A stretch of DNA of 64,000 bases from Candidatus Nomurabacteria bacterium (GCA_020632135.1 JACKGC010000001.1:446134-510133); one strand, 5' to 3'. Positions 19,009-28,576 are shown, counted from the first letter of the stretch. Notes: generated by a model from the letters alone, not told the origin. Program-made: numbers and translations.

Positions 19009-20391
19009 ATGGAAAAATCAGTAGATACAATGGAGAAGGTAGTTTCGCTGTGTAAACGGCGCGGTTTTGTCTTTCAGGGGAGTGAGATCTATGGGGGTCT
19101 GAAAGGAACCTGGGATTTTGGACCACTTGGCGTGGCGCTTAATAACAACATCAAACGAGAGTGGTGGAAGATGTTTGTTGAAAGCCGTGAAGATATGTAC
19201 GGCGTGGATGCGGCAATTTTAATGAACGCAAAGGTGTGGGAAGCATCAGGACATACCGGTGCAGGCTTCTGTGATCCTCTTGTAGAAGACACTGAAACTG
19301 GCGAACGCTTTCGAGCTGATCATCTACTGAAAGATGCTGGTGTTGATGCCGAGGGTATGACCTTGGAAGAGATCGATGCTGCAATTGCAGACCACAGACT
19401 AGTGAGTCCAAAAGGCAATCCGCTTTCTCCAGCTCGCCAGTTCAATTTGATGTTTGAGAGTCGTATTGGTGCAACTTCTGGTGCGGAGGGGAAAGTGTAC
19501 TTGCGTCCAGAAACCGCGCAAGGCATGTTCGTCAACTTCAAGAATGTACTTGACTCAATGTCACCGAAGATACCGTTTGGTTTGGCACAAGTAGGGAAGG
19601 CTTTCCGCAATGAAATTGCGCCGCGAGAGTTTGTCTTTCGAGTGCGCGAGTTTGAGCAAATGGAGATCGAATATTTTGTGAAGGAAGCTGATTGGGAGAC
19701 GGAATTTGATAAATTACGTACTGATATTCAGACGTGGCACCGACATCTTGGGCTTGCCGACGAGAACATTCGTGAGTACGAGGTGCCGAAAAATGATCTA
19801 GCGCACTATAGCAAGCGTACGATTGACTTCGAGTACAACTACCCGGGGAAGGGCTTCGATGAACTGGCTGGTTTTGCGTACCGCACCGACCACGATCTCA
19901 AGAACCATATGCAGCACAGCGGTGTTTCGATGGAATACATTGAGCCAGACGGTACTCGGTACATACCGCATGTACTTGAGCCTTCGTTTGGCGTGGGGCG
20001 TGCCTTTATGGCTGTGTTGTGTGAAGCGTACACCGAAGACGAAATGGGTGGAGAGGCGCGCACCTACCTCAAGCTGCCAGTGCACTTGGCTCCATACCGG
20101 GTTGCGGTCTCACCGCTTCTTAAGAACAAGCCACAACTCGTCGAGAAAGCTCGTGACGTATTCGCGATGTTGAAGAAAGAATTTGGTAACGTCGCCTGGG
20201 ACGATAACGGCAATGTCGGTAAGCGCTACCGTCGCCAGGATGAGATCGGTACGCCGCACTGTATCGTGATCGACTTTGAGACCCTTGGTGAAGAGAAACC
20301 AGAGCTCGCTGACACCGTGACTGTCCGCGACCGCGACACCGGCGAGCAGGAGCGAGTAGCGATTGGAGAACTGATTGGATATCTGAAATAG
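19009..20391 (+). CDS. glyQS: glycyl-tRNA synthetase (dimeric alpha2 type)
   Basis: 'RRGFVFQGSEIYGGL', 'GFCDPLVEDTETGERFRADHLL' and 'FRNEIAPR' (class II motifs). 460 aa. Confidence 0.9.
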   Translation: MEKSVDTMEKVVSLCKRRGFVFQGSEIYGGLKGTWDFGPLGVALNNNIKREWWKMFVESREDMYGVDAAILMNAKVWEASGHTGAGFCDPLVEDTETGERFRADHLLKDAGVDAEGMTLEEIDAAIADHRLVSPKGNPLSPARQFNLMFESRIGATSGAEGKVYLRPETAQGMFVNFKNVLDSMSPKIPFGLAQVGKAFRNEIAPREFVFRVREFEQMEIEYFVKEADWETEFDKLRTDIQTWHRHLGLADENIREYEVPKNDLAHYSKRTIDFEYNYPGKGFDELAGFAYRTDHDLKNHMQHSGVSMEYIEPDGTRYIPHVLEPSFGVGRAFMAVLCEAYTEDEMGGEARTYLKLPVHLAPYRVAVSPLLKNKPQLVEKARDVFAMLKKEFGNVAWDDNGNVGKRYRRQDEIGTPHCIVIDFETLGEEKPELADTVTVRDRDTGEQERVAIGELIGYLK

Positions 20392-20396
20392 AAGCT

Positions 20397-20497
20397 AAAA
20401 CTCAGCCGGCAAGGTTCCTGAGAATGTTGCGGAGAAATCTCTGATTTCGAGCATAGGGCTAGACCCGCGTTCGAAGGAACCTTGCCGGCTGAGTTTT
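20397..20497 (+). terminator. unusually long hairpin (22-bp perfect stem, 57-nt loop) followed by a T-run
   Basis: Left arm aaaactcagccggcaaggttcc and right arm ggaaccttgccggctgagtttt, followed by tgt. It probably acts as the glyQS terminator but is much larger than the other terminators in this window. Confidence 0.5.
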
Positions 20498-20536
20498 TGT
20501 ACCAAAGTTACCAATTTGTGCTACATTATTTTCACC

Positions 20537-21958
20537 ATGACCTCAAAAACACCCAAGTACATCACCACCACCTTGCCGTATGTGAACTCGAGTCCACACA
20601 TTGGTTTTGCGACCGAGCTAGTGCGGGCCGATGCGTATGCGCGCTATTTTAAGCTGATGGGTCACCCGGTGTTTTTAAATACTGGTACTGACGAGCATGG
20701 CCAAAAGATCTACGACAAAGCGCAGGAGGCGGGGAAGGATACGCAGGTGTTCGTGGATGAGCTCGCGGAAGAGTTCAAGAAGCTGTTGCCTGAGCTTGGC
20801 ATTTTGCCTGAGGCAAATTTTGTGCGTACGACTGATGAACACCATAAACTCGCAGCGCAAGAAATGTGGCGTCGCTGCAAGGAGAAGGGTGATATCTATA
20901 AAGCCACTCATGCGGTGAAATACTGTAAGGGGTGTGAACTTGAGAAAACTGATTCTGAACTCGATCATGGTAAGTGTCCACTTCATACCAATAATGAGAT
21001 TGAGGTCCGCGAAGAAGAAAACTATTTTTTTCGGTTTTCAAAGTATCAGCAAGCGCTTCTCGCTCTCTACGAGCAGACAGACTTTGTTGTACCTGATTTC
21101 CGCTTGGTGGAGATCAGGAAGTTTGTTGAGGGGGGTTTGCAGGACTTCAGTGTCTCGCGCCTGAAGACCAAGATGGCCTGGGGTGTTCCGGTACCTGATG
21201 ATGAAGAGCATGTGATGTACGTGTGGTTTGATGCCCTCACCAACTACATTTCCGTAACTGGTTGGCCTGAAAAAGAAGACTTCGGTGGCTGGTGGCCAGG
21301 GGTGCAACTGGCGGGGAAGGACAATCTCCGTCAACAAAGTGCCATCTGGCAAGCAATGCTGCTTTCAGCAGAATTACCAACCTCAACCCAGATTTTCATT
21401 GGTGGCTTCATCAATAGTGGCGGACAGAAGATGAGTAAGTCGCTTGGCAACGTCATCAGTCCGTATGAACTGACTGCCCGCTATGGCACGGAAGCAACTC
21501 GCTATCTGCTTTTACGCCACGTGCACCCGTTTGAAGATACCGACATCACCTGGGAACGGCTCGATGAATGGTATACGGCCAACTTGGTGAACGGTCTTGG
21601 TAACCTTACCGCCCGCATTATGAAGATGGCAGAGACGCACCTGGAGGCTCCGGTAGACACCGAGGAAGTGACCTCAATGGACACTCAAGCACTTGAGCGG
21701 TTTCAGTTCCAGAGCGTACTTGATGGTGTTTGGAACGCGATCGGTCAGATGGATGAATATATCACTGAGAATGAACCATTTAAGGTGGTGAAAGAAGATA
21801 AAGCTGCTGCGCAAGAGATGATCATTAAGCTGGTGAAAGATCTGCATGAAGTGGCTGAGTCACTAGTGGCTTTTATGCCAGAAACTGCTGCGGTGATATT
21901 GGCAGCAATTAAGGATAATAAAAAGCCAGAGAATTTGTTTGTACGGATTGAAAGTTAA
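20537..21958 (+). CDS. metG: methionyl-tRNA synthetase
   Basis: 'PYVNSSPHIGFA' (HIGH-type) and 'KMSKSLGNVI', plus a zinc knuckle 'CKGCELEK...CPLH'. The ORF starts at a TTG at 20516; the ATG is at 20537. Confidence 0.9.
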   Translation: MTSKTPKYITTTLPYVNSSPHIGFATELVRADAYARYFKLMGHPVFLNTGTDEHGQKIYDKAQEAGKDTQVFVDELAEEFKKLLPELGILPEANFVRTTDEHHKLAAQEMWRRCKEKGDIYKATHAVKYCKGCELEKTDSELDHGKCPLHTNNEIEVREEENYFFRFSKYQQALLALYEQTDFVVPDFRLVEIRKFVEGGLQDFSVSRLKTKMAWGVPVPDDEEHVMYVWFDALTNYISVTGWPEKEDFGGWWPGVQLAGKDNLRQQSAIWQAMLLSAELPTSTQIFIGGFINSGGQKMSKSLGNVISPYELTARYGTEATRYLLLRHVHPFEDTDITWERLDEWYTANLVNGLGNLTARIMKMAETHLEAPVDTEEVTSMDTQALERFQFQSVLDGVWNAIGQMDEYITENEPFKVVKEDKAAAQEMIIKLVKDLHEVAESLVAFMPETAAVILAAIKDNKKPENLFVRIES

Positions 21959-21959
21959 T

Positions 21960-22355
21960 ATGCAACAAGATTTCTACAAAATCTTAGAAATTACACGGGA
22001 CAATGTACAGCGCAACCCGAGCATTACTGAAGCTGAAACGAAAGAGGTTGCACTGCGATACTTGCAAGGAATCATTGATGAGACAGACGAAGTCCGACCA
22101 GAGATAAAAGAGGATAACCAAGTGTACCTCACCGATGAGCTTGGCGATATTGCGTGGGATTATCTGACGATCCTTTCAGTACTTGAGCAACGAGGTTTGA
22201 TTGAGAGTGCGGAGGCAGTGTTTGCACAGGCATACGAAAAGTACTCTGAGCGTGCTCCGGCGTTTGTGGAGGTTGATAATGATCACTGGGATCAGATAAA
22301 GCAAGCGCAGAAGACAAGGCTCAAGGAACGGCACCAAGAACTGTATGGAAAGTGA
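21960..22355 (+). CDS. MazG-like nucleotide pyrophosphohydrolase domain protein
   Basis: 'ELGDIAWDYLTILSVLEQRG' with acidic metal-binding residues, typical of small MazG/HisE-like proteins. It starts 2 nt after the metG stop. Confidence 0.65.
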   Translation: MQQDFYKILEITRDNVQRNPSITEAETKEVALRYLQGIIDETDEVRPEIKEDNQVYLTDELGDIAWDYLTILSVLEQRGLIESAEAVFAQAYEKYSERAPAFVEVDNDHWDQIKQAQKTRLKERHQELYGK

Positions 22356-22980
22356 AGATAACACTAGTATGACCAGAGAAGCTAAGGATGTTGTTGCGGT
22401 TGGGAAGTTGGTGTTGGCGTTTGCTCGGGTAGAGCGCATGACCTTCCATGAAGACGGTGTTACGCCGGAGTCCGACACCGATCACACCGTCATGCTCTCC
22501 GTGTGCGCCTGTGCGCTGGCTAAGAAGTGGTACCCAAAGCTTGATGTTGGATTGATCGCGCAGCTGGCGATCGTGCACGACCTAGTGGAGGCATACGCGG
22601 GTGATACTGATTCATTTGCTCCGTCAGTATCTGATAGAGAGATCAAAGCCGAAAGGGAAGCAGCCGCACTCAAGCGGTTGGAAGCTGAGTTTGGTGAGGG
22701 TCTGAGCTGGATTCCTGCTACGATCAAGCAGTTTGAGGTGCTTGATACCCCCGAGGCACGCTTTGTGAAGACGGTGGATAAGGTGATGCCTAAGATCACG
22801 CACCTATTGAATGAGGGTTCGACCTGGAAAAAGAGAGGGTATGATCGGGAGACAATGTGGAAGCTTTACCAGGAAAAAACACGACCACACGAAGTGGCCT
22901 ATGCGTCTGAGTTTCCTGAAGTGGTGGCTTTGATAGATGAATTGATTGCAGAAGTTAGAATTAAGGTCTATGGATCATAA
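22345..22980 (+). CDS. HD-domain phosphohydrolase (5'-deoxynucleotidase-like)
   Basis: An H..DH motif ('SDTDHTVM') and 'HDLVEAYAGD'. It overlaps the upstream stop by 11 nt. Confidence 0.75.
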   Translation: MESEDNTSMTREAKDVVAVGKLVLAFARVERMTFHEDGVTPESDTDHTVMLSVCACALAKKWYPKLDVGLIAQLAIVHDLVEAYAGDTDSFAPSVSDREIKAEREAAALKRLEAEFGEGLSWIPATIKQFEVLDTPEARFVKTVDKVMPKITHLLNEGSTWKKRGYDRETMWKLYQEKTRPHEVAYASEFPEVVALIDELIAEVRIKVYGS

Positions 22981-23836
22981 ATACATTGACACTCACGCTC
23001 ACGTAAATTTAGCTGCCTTCAAGGAGGATGCTTTAGACGTGGCGAAGCGGTGTGCCGAGGAGGGGGTAGCCGTGATCAATGTCGGGACGAAGGCGAGTAC
23101 GAGTAGGAGGGCGGTGGAGTTGGCAGAGGAATGTGAGAATTGCTTCGCAATTATTGGCCTGCATCCGATCCAAACCGTGCCGGGCATGCACGATGAAGAC
23201 GAGATCGGCGAAGGCAGCGAGCCGTTTAAGAGTAGGGGTGAGGAATTCAACGCTGATTATTACCGCGAGCTCGCGAAGAGCGGGAAAGTGGTGGGGATCG
23301 GTGAGTGCGGGTTTGACTATTGGCATACTGAGCCCGATTCTTTCGAAGTGCAGGAGCGAGCGTTTATCGCGCAGATCGAGCTGGCGAATGAGCTTGGCTT
23401 GCCGCTAATGATCCACACTCGTGGGCCGCAGCCAGGAAAGGAGAGTCCAACCGGGCGGAGTGTGTACCAAGATGTGTATGAAGTGCTAAAGACACACGCC
23501 AAGGTGCCCTTTAATGTGCATTTTTACGCCGGGACGTCTGAAGAGGCGGCGCGTTTTTTTGACCTCGGTGGGACGATCTCGTTTACTGGTGTGGTGACGT
23601 TCCCAAAGACTGACAGCTATGCCGAGGTCATAAAAAACGCGCCGCTCGAGCACCTGCATGCTGAAACCGACTGCCCATACGTAGCACCGGTGCCGCATCG
23701 CGGCCAGCGGGCTGAGCCACAAATGGTCAAGGAAGTGTATAAAAAGATCGCTGAGATCAGAGGAGAAGATGAGGAGAAAGTGCGCGTGCAGCTCATAGAA
23801 AACGCAAAGCGTCAGTATAAGATGTTGGGTGTATAA
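22970..23836 (+). CDS. tatD: TatD-family metal-dependent hydrolase/DNase
   Basis: 'IDTHAHV' at the N-terminus and 'GECGFDY' and 'HFYAG'-type motifs later. The metG-tatD arrangement is conserved across many bacteria. Confidence 0.85.
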   Translation: MDHKYIDTHAHVNLAAFKEDALDVAKRCAEEGVAVINVGTKASTSRRAVELAEECENCFAIIGLHPIQTVPGMHDEDEIGEGSEPFKSRGEEFNADYYRELAKSGKVVGIGECGFDYWHTEPDSFEVQERAFIAQIELANELGLPLMIHTRGPQPGKESPTGRSVYQDVYEVLKTHAKVPFNVHFYAGTSEEAARFFDLGGTISFTGVVTFPKTDSYAEVIKNAPLEHLHAETDCPYVAPVPHRGQRAEPQMVKEVYKKIAEIRGEDEEKVRVQLIENAKRQYKMLGV

Positions 23837-23870
23837 AAATGGCCGGCGCCTCTGGCGCCGGCCATTTTTC
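23835..23870. terminator. bidirectional rho-independent terminator between tatD and the convergent minus-strand gene
   Basis: aaaaa-tggccggcgcc-tct-ggcgccggcca-ttttt. Confidence 0.8.
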
Positions 23871-23875
23871 ATTTT

Positions 23876-24820
23876 CTAATCAAAGAAGTTAAGGAGGTAC
23901 TCATTGATCTCTCGTTGATCCATAGTGTAGAAAGTGTCGTTAGAGCGATGCAGATATCGGGCAAGTTCGGTTCCGACGAAGCGCCAGTGCCATGGTTCAA
24001 AAACATAAAACTCATTGTCTTCAGGGTACGAGAGAATAAAGCCATACTTGTATGCGTTATCAAGTAGCCACTCGTAGGCCTTGGTGTCTTTGAGGCTGGT
24101 GTATGTGCCGCCAATTTCTGGGGTAGTGAGGTCGACGGCCGTGCCGAGCTGATGCTCAGAGTAGCCTTGGTCGGCAGAGAAGGCATTGGCGCCAGTGCCG
24201 TAGACTTGGGTGAATTGGCCTTTGAGATCAACTTGCTCATCAAACGAGCGGTAGGCTGAAACAATTTTTAGATCGATATCAGCCTTGCGTGCGGCTTCCA
24301 TGAGGTCCTCAAGGTGTGGGTACGCATCGGCATGAAAGTACTGGTCCTTTTTGCCCGGGAGGATGTATTTGTCAGGGATCTGTTTCAGTTTTACTGGGAT
24401 GTAGTTTTCATTGAGAAAGTACACCTTTGAGTACTTGGCGAGCAGCTCCTCGTCGGTTTTGGCGAGTTTATCGAGGTCGCCGAGTGTGCCGGCAAGGTGG
24501 CGTATTTGGTCTTCAAACTCTTCATTACGGTCCTTTTCGTCACGGTAGTCATCTGCTAGATCTTCGAGCTCTTCTCCGATGTCGATGAGTTCACCGCGGA
24601 GTTCACTGATGGTCGTGCTGGCAGCAGCCAGCTCAGCACTCTTCTGGTTGTTTTGCTGCAGAATGGCATTGCGCTCTTGGAGCAGGCTCTCAATTTCCTT
24701 CTGTTGGTCGGACGACCTCATGCCAAGGTAGGCGCTCCCGATGATACCAATGAGCGCAATGGTACCGGCTAGGTAAAGGGTTGCGTCGTGAGACAGTTTC
24801 ATGTCGGAGTATTTTAGCAT
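23876..24820 (-). CDS. D-Ala-D-Ala carboxypeptidase-like M15 peptidase (VanY family) with an N-terminal membrane anchor and coiled coil
   Basis: 'SAYRSFDEQ', 'SEHQLGTAVD' and 'EPWHWRF' are M15B/VanY zinc-peptidase motifs. Candidate start codons are at 24820 or 24802. The ORF track extends the frame to 24865, which would run through a GC hairpin. Confidence 0.75.
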   Translation of the reverse strand: MLKYSDMKLSHDATLYLAGTIALIGIIGSAYLGMRSSDQQKEIESLLQERNAILQQNNQKSAELAAASTTISELRGELIDIGEELEDLADDYRDEKDRNEEFEDQIRHLAGTLGDLDKLAKTDEELLAKYSKVYFLNENYIPVKLKQIPDKYILPGKKDQYFHADAYPHLEDLMEAARKADIDLKIVSAYRSFDEQVDLKGQFTQVYGTGANAFSADQGYSEHQLGTAVDLTTPEIGGTYTSLKDTKAYEWLLDNAYKYGFILSYPEDNEFYVFEPWHWRFVGTELARYLHRSNDTFYTMDQREINEYLLNFFD

Positions 24821-24831
24821 AAGTTTGGAAC

Positions 24832-24854
24832 GGGGGCGGCCAAAGGCCGCCCCC
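24832..24854. promoter_or_regulatory. GC hairpin in the divergent region upstream of rpsF (candidate rpsF leader element)
   Basis: gggggcggcc-aaa-ggccgccccc with no T-run. It lies about 75 nt upstream of the rpsF ATG. Confidence 0.35.
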
Positions 24855-24927
24855 TTGTTTGCCACCAGGGCTTGTGGTAGAGTTGCGCCGTTATCAGTTA
24901 AGACATTCTATTGTGTCTAAAACAGAG

Positions 24928-25431
24928 ATGCCAGCAGCCGAGGCGAATTCATACGAATTAGCCTTCCACGTACTTCCAACGGTTGCTGAAGGGGAAGTGT
25001 CTACCGTCTTTCAGGAGTTGAAGGACATCATTACTAAGCATGGCGGTGCGCTGACAACCGAAGAGGTACCAGCTCGGATCGACTTGGCTTACGAGATCGT
25101 AAAGTACCTTGAAGGTCGCAATCGTAAGTTCACGAGCGCGTACTTCGGATGGGTACGATTTGAGGCTGATCCAGCTAAGATCGACGAGATCACCGAGGCG
25201 GTTGAGCATATGAAGGACTTGCTTCGACACTTGCTCATCAAGCTCACGAAGGCTGAAGAAGCACATCCGTTCTTCTACCACGAAGCAATGGCAACCCAAG
25301 CTAAGAAGACTGAGACCATCGTGGTTGATGCTGAAACTGCTACGGTTGAGCCAGCTGAAACAACTGAAGAAGAGACCGAAACGGCTGAATCAGCCGAAAC
25401 TGAGGAAGAATCAGCCGAAAAATCAAGCTAG
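24928..25431 (+). CDS. rpsF: 30S ribosomal protein S6 with an acidic C-terminal tail
   Basis: 'YELAFHVLP' and 'LAYEI' are S6 signatures. It heads the classic rpsF-ssb-rpsR order. The ATG at 24928 is in-frame after a TTG at 24859. Confidence 0.85.
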   Translation: MPAAEANSYELAFHVLPTVAEGEVSTVFQELKDIITKHGGALTTEEVPARIDLAYEIVKYLEGRNRKFTSAYFGWVRFEADPAKIDEITEAVEHMKDLLRHLLIKLTKAEEAHPFFYHEAMATQAKKTETIVVDAETATVEPAETTEEETETAESAETEEESAEKSS

Positions 25432-25497
25432 TTAGATTTTTAGGTAGGTGCACGGTATAATAGCCGCACTTACCATAAACTGATTCGAAACGAAATT

Positions 25498-25938
25498 ATG
25501 TATCTTAACAAAGCAATGGTCTACGGGAATTTGACTCGTGACCCAGAACTCAAGGCCCTCCCGAGCGGCATGAATGTCTGTTCGTTCTCGCTTGCCACCA
25601 ATCGTGTTTACACCGACCGAGATGGTAAGAAGCAAGAGCAGGCTGACTATCACAATATTGTGGTCTTTGGGAAGCAGGCTGAGAACTGTGCCAAGTATCT
25701 TGCAAAAGGGAATGGAGCGTACGTCGAAGGTCGTATGCAGACCCGTAGCTGGGAGAAAGATGGTCAGAAACAGTATCGCACTGAAGTGATTGCCGATCGG
25801 GTTCAGTTTGGGCCGAAGAATGGCGGCGCTGGTGCACCATCGGCGGGTAGTCAGAGTTCTGGGGCAGTGGATGAGAAGGCGCCAGCGGTGCCAGATTATC
25901 CAGAGGAGGAGATCAATCCAGAAGACATCCCATTTTAA
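25498..25938 (+). CDS. ssb: single-stranded DNA-binding protein
   Basis: 'MVYGNLTRDPELK', the OB fold, a Gly-rich linker, and the acidic C-terminal 'DIPF'. Confidence 0.9.
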   Translation: MYLNKAMVYGNLTRDPELKALPSGMNVCSFSLATNRVYTDRDGKKQEQADYHNIVVFGKQAENCAKYLAKGNGAYVEGRMQTRSWEKDGQKQYRTEVIADRVQFGPKNGGAGAPSAGSQSSGAVDEKAPAVPDYPEEEINPEDIPF

Positions 25939-26005
25939 GCAGCAGCCAACCATGCAGGCTTAAAATGATTCCAAAAGACCTTGCTTTGCAAAACTCTAAA
26001 TCAAA

Positions 26006-26206
26006 ATGGAAACAACAGAAACAACACACGCTCCAGCGCACCACGTGGACTACAAGGACACTCTGCGCTTGCGTGCCAACGTCAATCCGCACGCTCGCAT
26101 GTTCAATCGTCGTCGTTCGGGGATGACCGCCAAGGCACAGCGTAATTTCGCTCGCGCCGTCAAGCGCGCCCGCTTCATGGCGCTCATGCCATACATCCAG
26201 CGGTAG
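26006..26206 (+). CDS. rpsR: 30S ribosomal protein S18
   Basis: 'YKDTLRLRANVNPHARMFNRRRSGMTAKAQRNFARAVKRARFMALMPY'. Confidence 0.9.
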   Translation: METTETTHAPAHHVDYKDTLRLRANVNPHARMFNRRRSGMTAKAQRNFARAVKRARFMALMPYIQR

Positions 26207-26216
26207 GGTGAAAGGG

Positions 26217-26250
26217 AAAAGCGGGGCGGCCTTCGGCCGCCCCGCTTTTC
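26217..26250 (+). terminator. rho-independent terminator after rpsR
   Basis: aaaa-gcggggcggcc-ttc-ggccgccccgc-ttttc. Confidence 0.8.
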
Positions 26251-26355
26251 GCATCATGGACTACCAAGCTTCTGTGTGCATATCCCTTGCTGAGTATCCG
26301 TAATGGGTGTACAACACAAAGAGAAGTTGTTTGAAATGGCAAGAGGAACACTGAT

Positions 26356-26889
26356 ATGAGCACCACATCCACAGCTTTGTTGACTGGACGGACCGAAAGC
26401 GATCTGTATCGAAAGCTTATCAAGGTCGGTGAGACCCAGGCACGTCGGTGGCTCTCAGAGGGGATCGAACAGTATTTGGTTCGGTTACTTGTTGTGTCTG
26501 GTCGGATGCGAGAGGAGTTGCGTCAGCAACCCGAGCGGCGTTTAGCGCTGATCTATGGTGAAGCAAGGGAGGCATCATCGCTCACTGAGCGGGCGATGTC
26601 ACTGCACGAGCTTGGTTTTGAAGGGCTTAAATTGGTCGGTTTTTTCCCAGGCCAACTTAAGCGCCGACAGGTGAGTTTGTCTTACGCGGCACAGCTGACC
26701 ACCGGTGCGTACGCTGAGTTGGCAACTATTGATCTAGCACGAGTGAGAAGCCAAGTGTTTTTGCAGGCACTGATCCCGCTCAGTCAGGAGATAGCTGCCA
26801 ATTTTGAGGACATTGTAGCTGTCTTGTGGCATACGCGTGCAGAGGTGGACAAAGGTAGTGTCTGGCAGGACGTAGGAACGGTCCACTGA
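26356..26889 (+). CDS. hypothetical protein (177 aa)
   Basis: ORF with the local composition. No recognisable motif. Confidence 0.45.
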   Translation: MSTTSTALLTGRTESDLYRKLIKVGETQARRWLSEGIEQYLVRLLVVSGRMREELRQQPERRLALIYGEAREASSLTERAMSLHELGFEGLKLVGFFPGQLKRRQVSLSYAAQLTTGAYAELATIDLARVRSQVFLQALIPLSQEIAANFEDIVAVLWHTRAEVDKGSVWQDVGTVH

Positions 26890-26983
26890 TGAAATGGTCA
26901 GGTGTGGCGAAACAAAAGGCGCGGAACCCGAAGGGTTCCGCGCCTATTATGTATGGTATAGCCAACACCCCGTATGGCTTCGT

Positions 26984-27559
26984 TTACGCCTTATCTACTC
27001 TCGCCGAATACTCACCATCCTCAGTATTAATACTAATGATGTCGCCTTCATTGATGAACATCGGCACCATAATGGTCGCACCGGTCTCAAGGGTCACTTC
27101 CTTCAGTGCCCCACTTGAGGTATTGCCTTTCACGGCTGGCATCGCTTCCTTGACCTTGAGTTCAACCTTGATGGGGAATTTAACCCCGATCACTTCCTCA
27201 TCGAAAACAAGCATGTCGTAGTCGGTGCGCTCCTTCATAAAGCGGCCTTGGTCGCCGATCAATTCCTCGGAGAGCACAAAGCGCTCAGCTGGTTTACCGG
27301 CTTCATGGAACCAGTACTCACCCGGCTTTTTGTAGATAAACGTGGCAGTCTTGGTTTCAAGCTCTGCCTCCTCGACGGTTTCGCTGACGTGAAAGGTTAC
27401 TTCCACCACCCGGCCTGATTTGAGGTTTTTGAGCTTAGTGATATTCACTGGTTTGCGTTGCTGCTTACGGAATACATGCGACGCAATCACCAAATACGGT
27501 TCACTGTCGTGCAAGATGACTTTTTTAAGCGTGATCTCGTTGTAGGATAGGACTGCCAT
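26984..27559 (-). CDS. efp: elongation factor P
   Basis: Three-domain EF-P architecture. The C-terminus 'GATIMVPMFINEGDIISINTEDGEYSARV' matches EF-P domain III. Confidence 0.85.
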   Translation of the reverse strand: MAVLSYNEITLKKVILHDSEPYLVIASHVFRKQQRKPVNITKLKNLKSGRVVEVTFHVSETVEEAELETKTATFIYKKPGEYWFHEAGKPAERFVLSEELIGDQGRFMKERTDYDMLVFDEEVIGVKFPIKVELKVKEAMPAVKGNTSSGALKEVTLETGATIMVPMFINEGDIISINTEDGEYSARVDKA

Positions 27560-27602
27560 ACCAATATATTTTGTTTGTGTTAGAGTGGCAGCATACTAGC
27601 AT

Positions 27603-28193
27603 ATGTTGGGATTTAGAGCCACGGACGAGGCCCGAGAATGGGAAGACGAGCTGATTCTCCAAGAATCACAGTCTTCACCGTGGCTGTTTGAGCTAATTGT
27701 GGAGCGGTACCAGGAGCCATTTTTGCGAAAGGTTCGTGGCGTAGTCAGGGACCCGCGCGATGTCGAGGAAGTGGTGCAGGATGCCTTCACCAAGATCTAC
27801 ATTAACGCCGATAAGTACGAGCCGCAGTCAGGTGCTAAATTTTCCTCCTGGGCCTACCGTATTTTGCTCAATACTGCATTTACCCGCTATCAAAAACTAG
27901 TAAAGGAAAACCAACGCTTCCAGGCGATCGACCCGGAGTACGAGCAAATGTACGGTGAGTGGGCCGAGCACAGCGGCTTTGAAGAGAAACGAGATGGTGT
28001 CGAGCGCATCCTTGAGCGCTTGCCAGGGCATTTTGCACTTGTGTTGCGGCTTCATTACCTTGAGCGCTGGAGCCATCAGGACATTGCTGAACATACTGGT
28101 GAGAATGCTGGTACCATCAAAGCGCGCATTCACCGCGCTAAGGCGGCGTTTAAACAGGAGAGTAGAGGGGAAGAGGCTGAGTCGTTGTTGTAA
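27603..28193 (+). CDS. ECF-type RNA polymerase sigma factor
   Basis: Region 2 'FLRKVRGVVRDPRDVEEVVQDAFTKIY' and region 4 'ALVLRLHYLERWSHQDIAEHTGENAGTIKARIHRAK'. Confidence 0.8.
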   Translation: MLGFRATDEAREWEDELILQESQSSPWLFELIVERYQEPFLRKVRGVVRDPRDVEEVVQDAFTKIYINADKYEPQSGAKFSSWAYRILLNTAFTRYQKLVKENQRFQAIDPEYEQMYGEWAEHSGFEEKRDGVERILERLPGHFALVLRLHYLERWSHQDIAEHTGENAGTIKARIHRAKAAFKQESRGEEAESLL

Positions 28194-28224
28194 CTTTTTG
28201 GCTTTACATACAGTTTAAGTAGCT

Positions 28225-28563
28225 ATGAAGTCAAATATGCAAACAGCCATTATGCGTCGCGTGTACTACAGCTACGTGCTCAGCATCATCACTCATGTCG
28301 TGTTCTGGCAAGGGGTGTTCTTGAGTGTCGCTGCGGTCCTGTTGGCAAAGTGGCTTCATGTTGCGAGTATTGTTAAAAACTTTCTATCAGTACCTGTGGG
28401 TACCGTGCCGCAGTATGTCGCGCATGCGGTCACCCATGCTGCCACCCATGGTGAGCTGCTGACCGTACTCACTCTGGCGTTGGCAGGGGGAGTAGCGGTG
28501 TCTGCTGGATATCACTTAGCGCAGGCTATGCTGACTCGTGTATTTTTTATACGAACGGTGTAA
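28225..28563 (+). CDS. small membrane protein, candidate anti-sigma factor
   Basis: Sits immediately downstream of the ECF sigma gene and has two or three TM segments. The assignment is by position only. Confidence 0.35.
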   Translation: MKSNMQTAIMRRVYYSYVLSIITHVVFWQGVFLSVAAVLLAKWLHVASIVKNFLSVPVGTVPQYVAHAVTHAATHGELLTVLTLALAGGVAVSAGYHLAQAMLTRVFFIRTV

Positions 28564-28576
28564 GTACACAGTGGTA

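Noticed and set aside
24821-24865. Longest start for the minus-strand VanY-like gene, and the TTG-initiated extension of rpsF from 24859
   Set aside because: The longest VanY-like start would translate through a 10-bp GC hairpin in the divergent promoter region. The TTG-initiated rpsF extension is equally implausible. Internal ATG starts (24820/24802 and 24928) give canonical N-termini, namely a signal anchor and the S6 'YELAFHV'.
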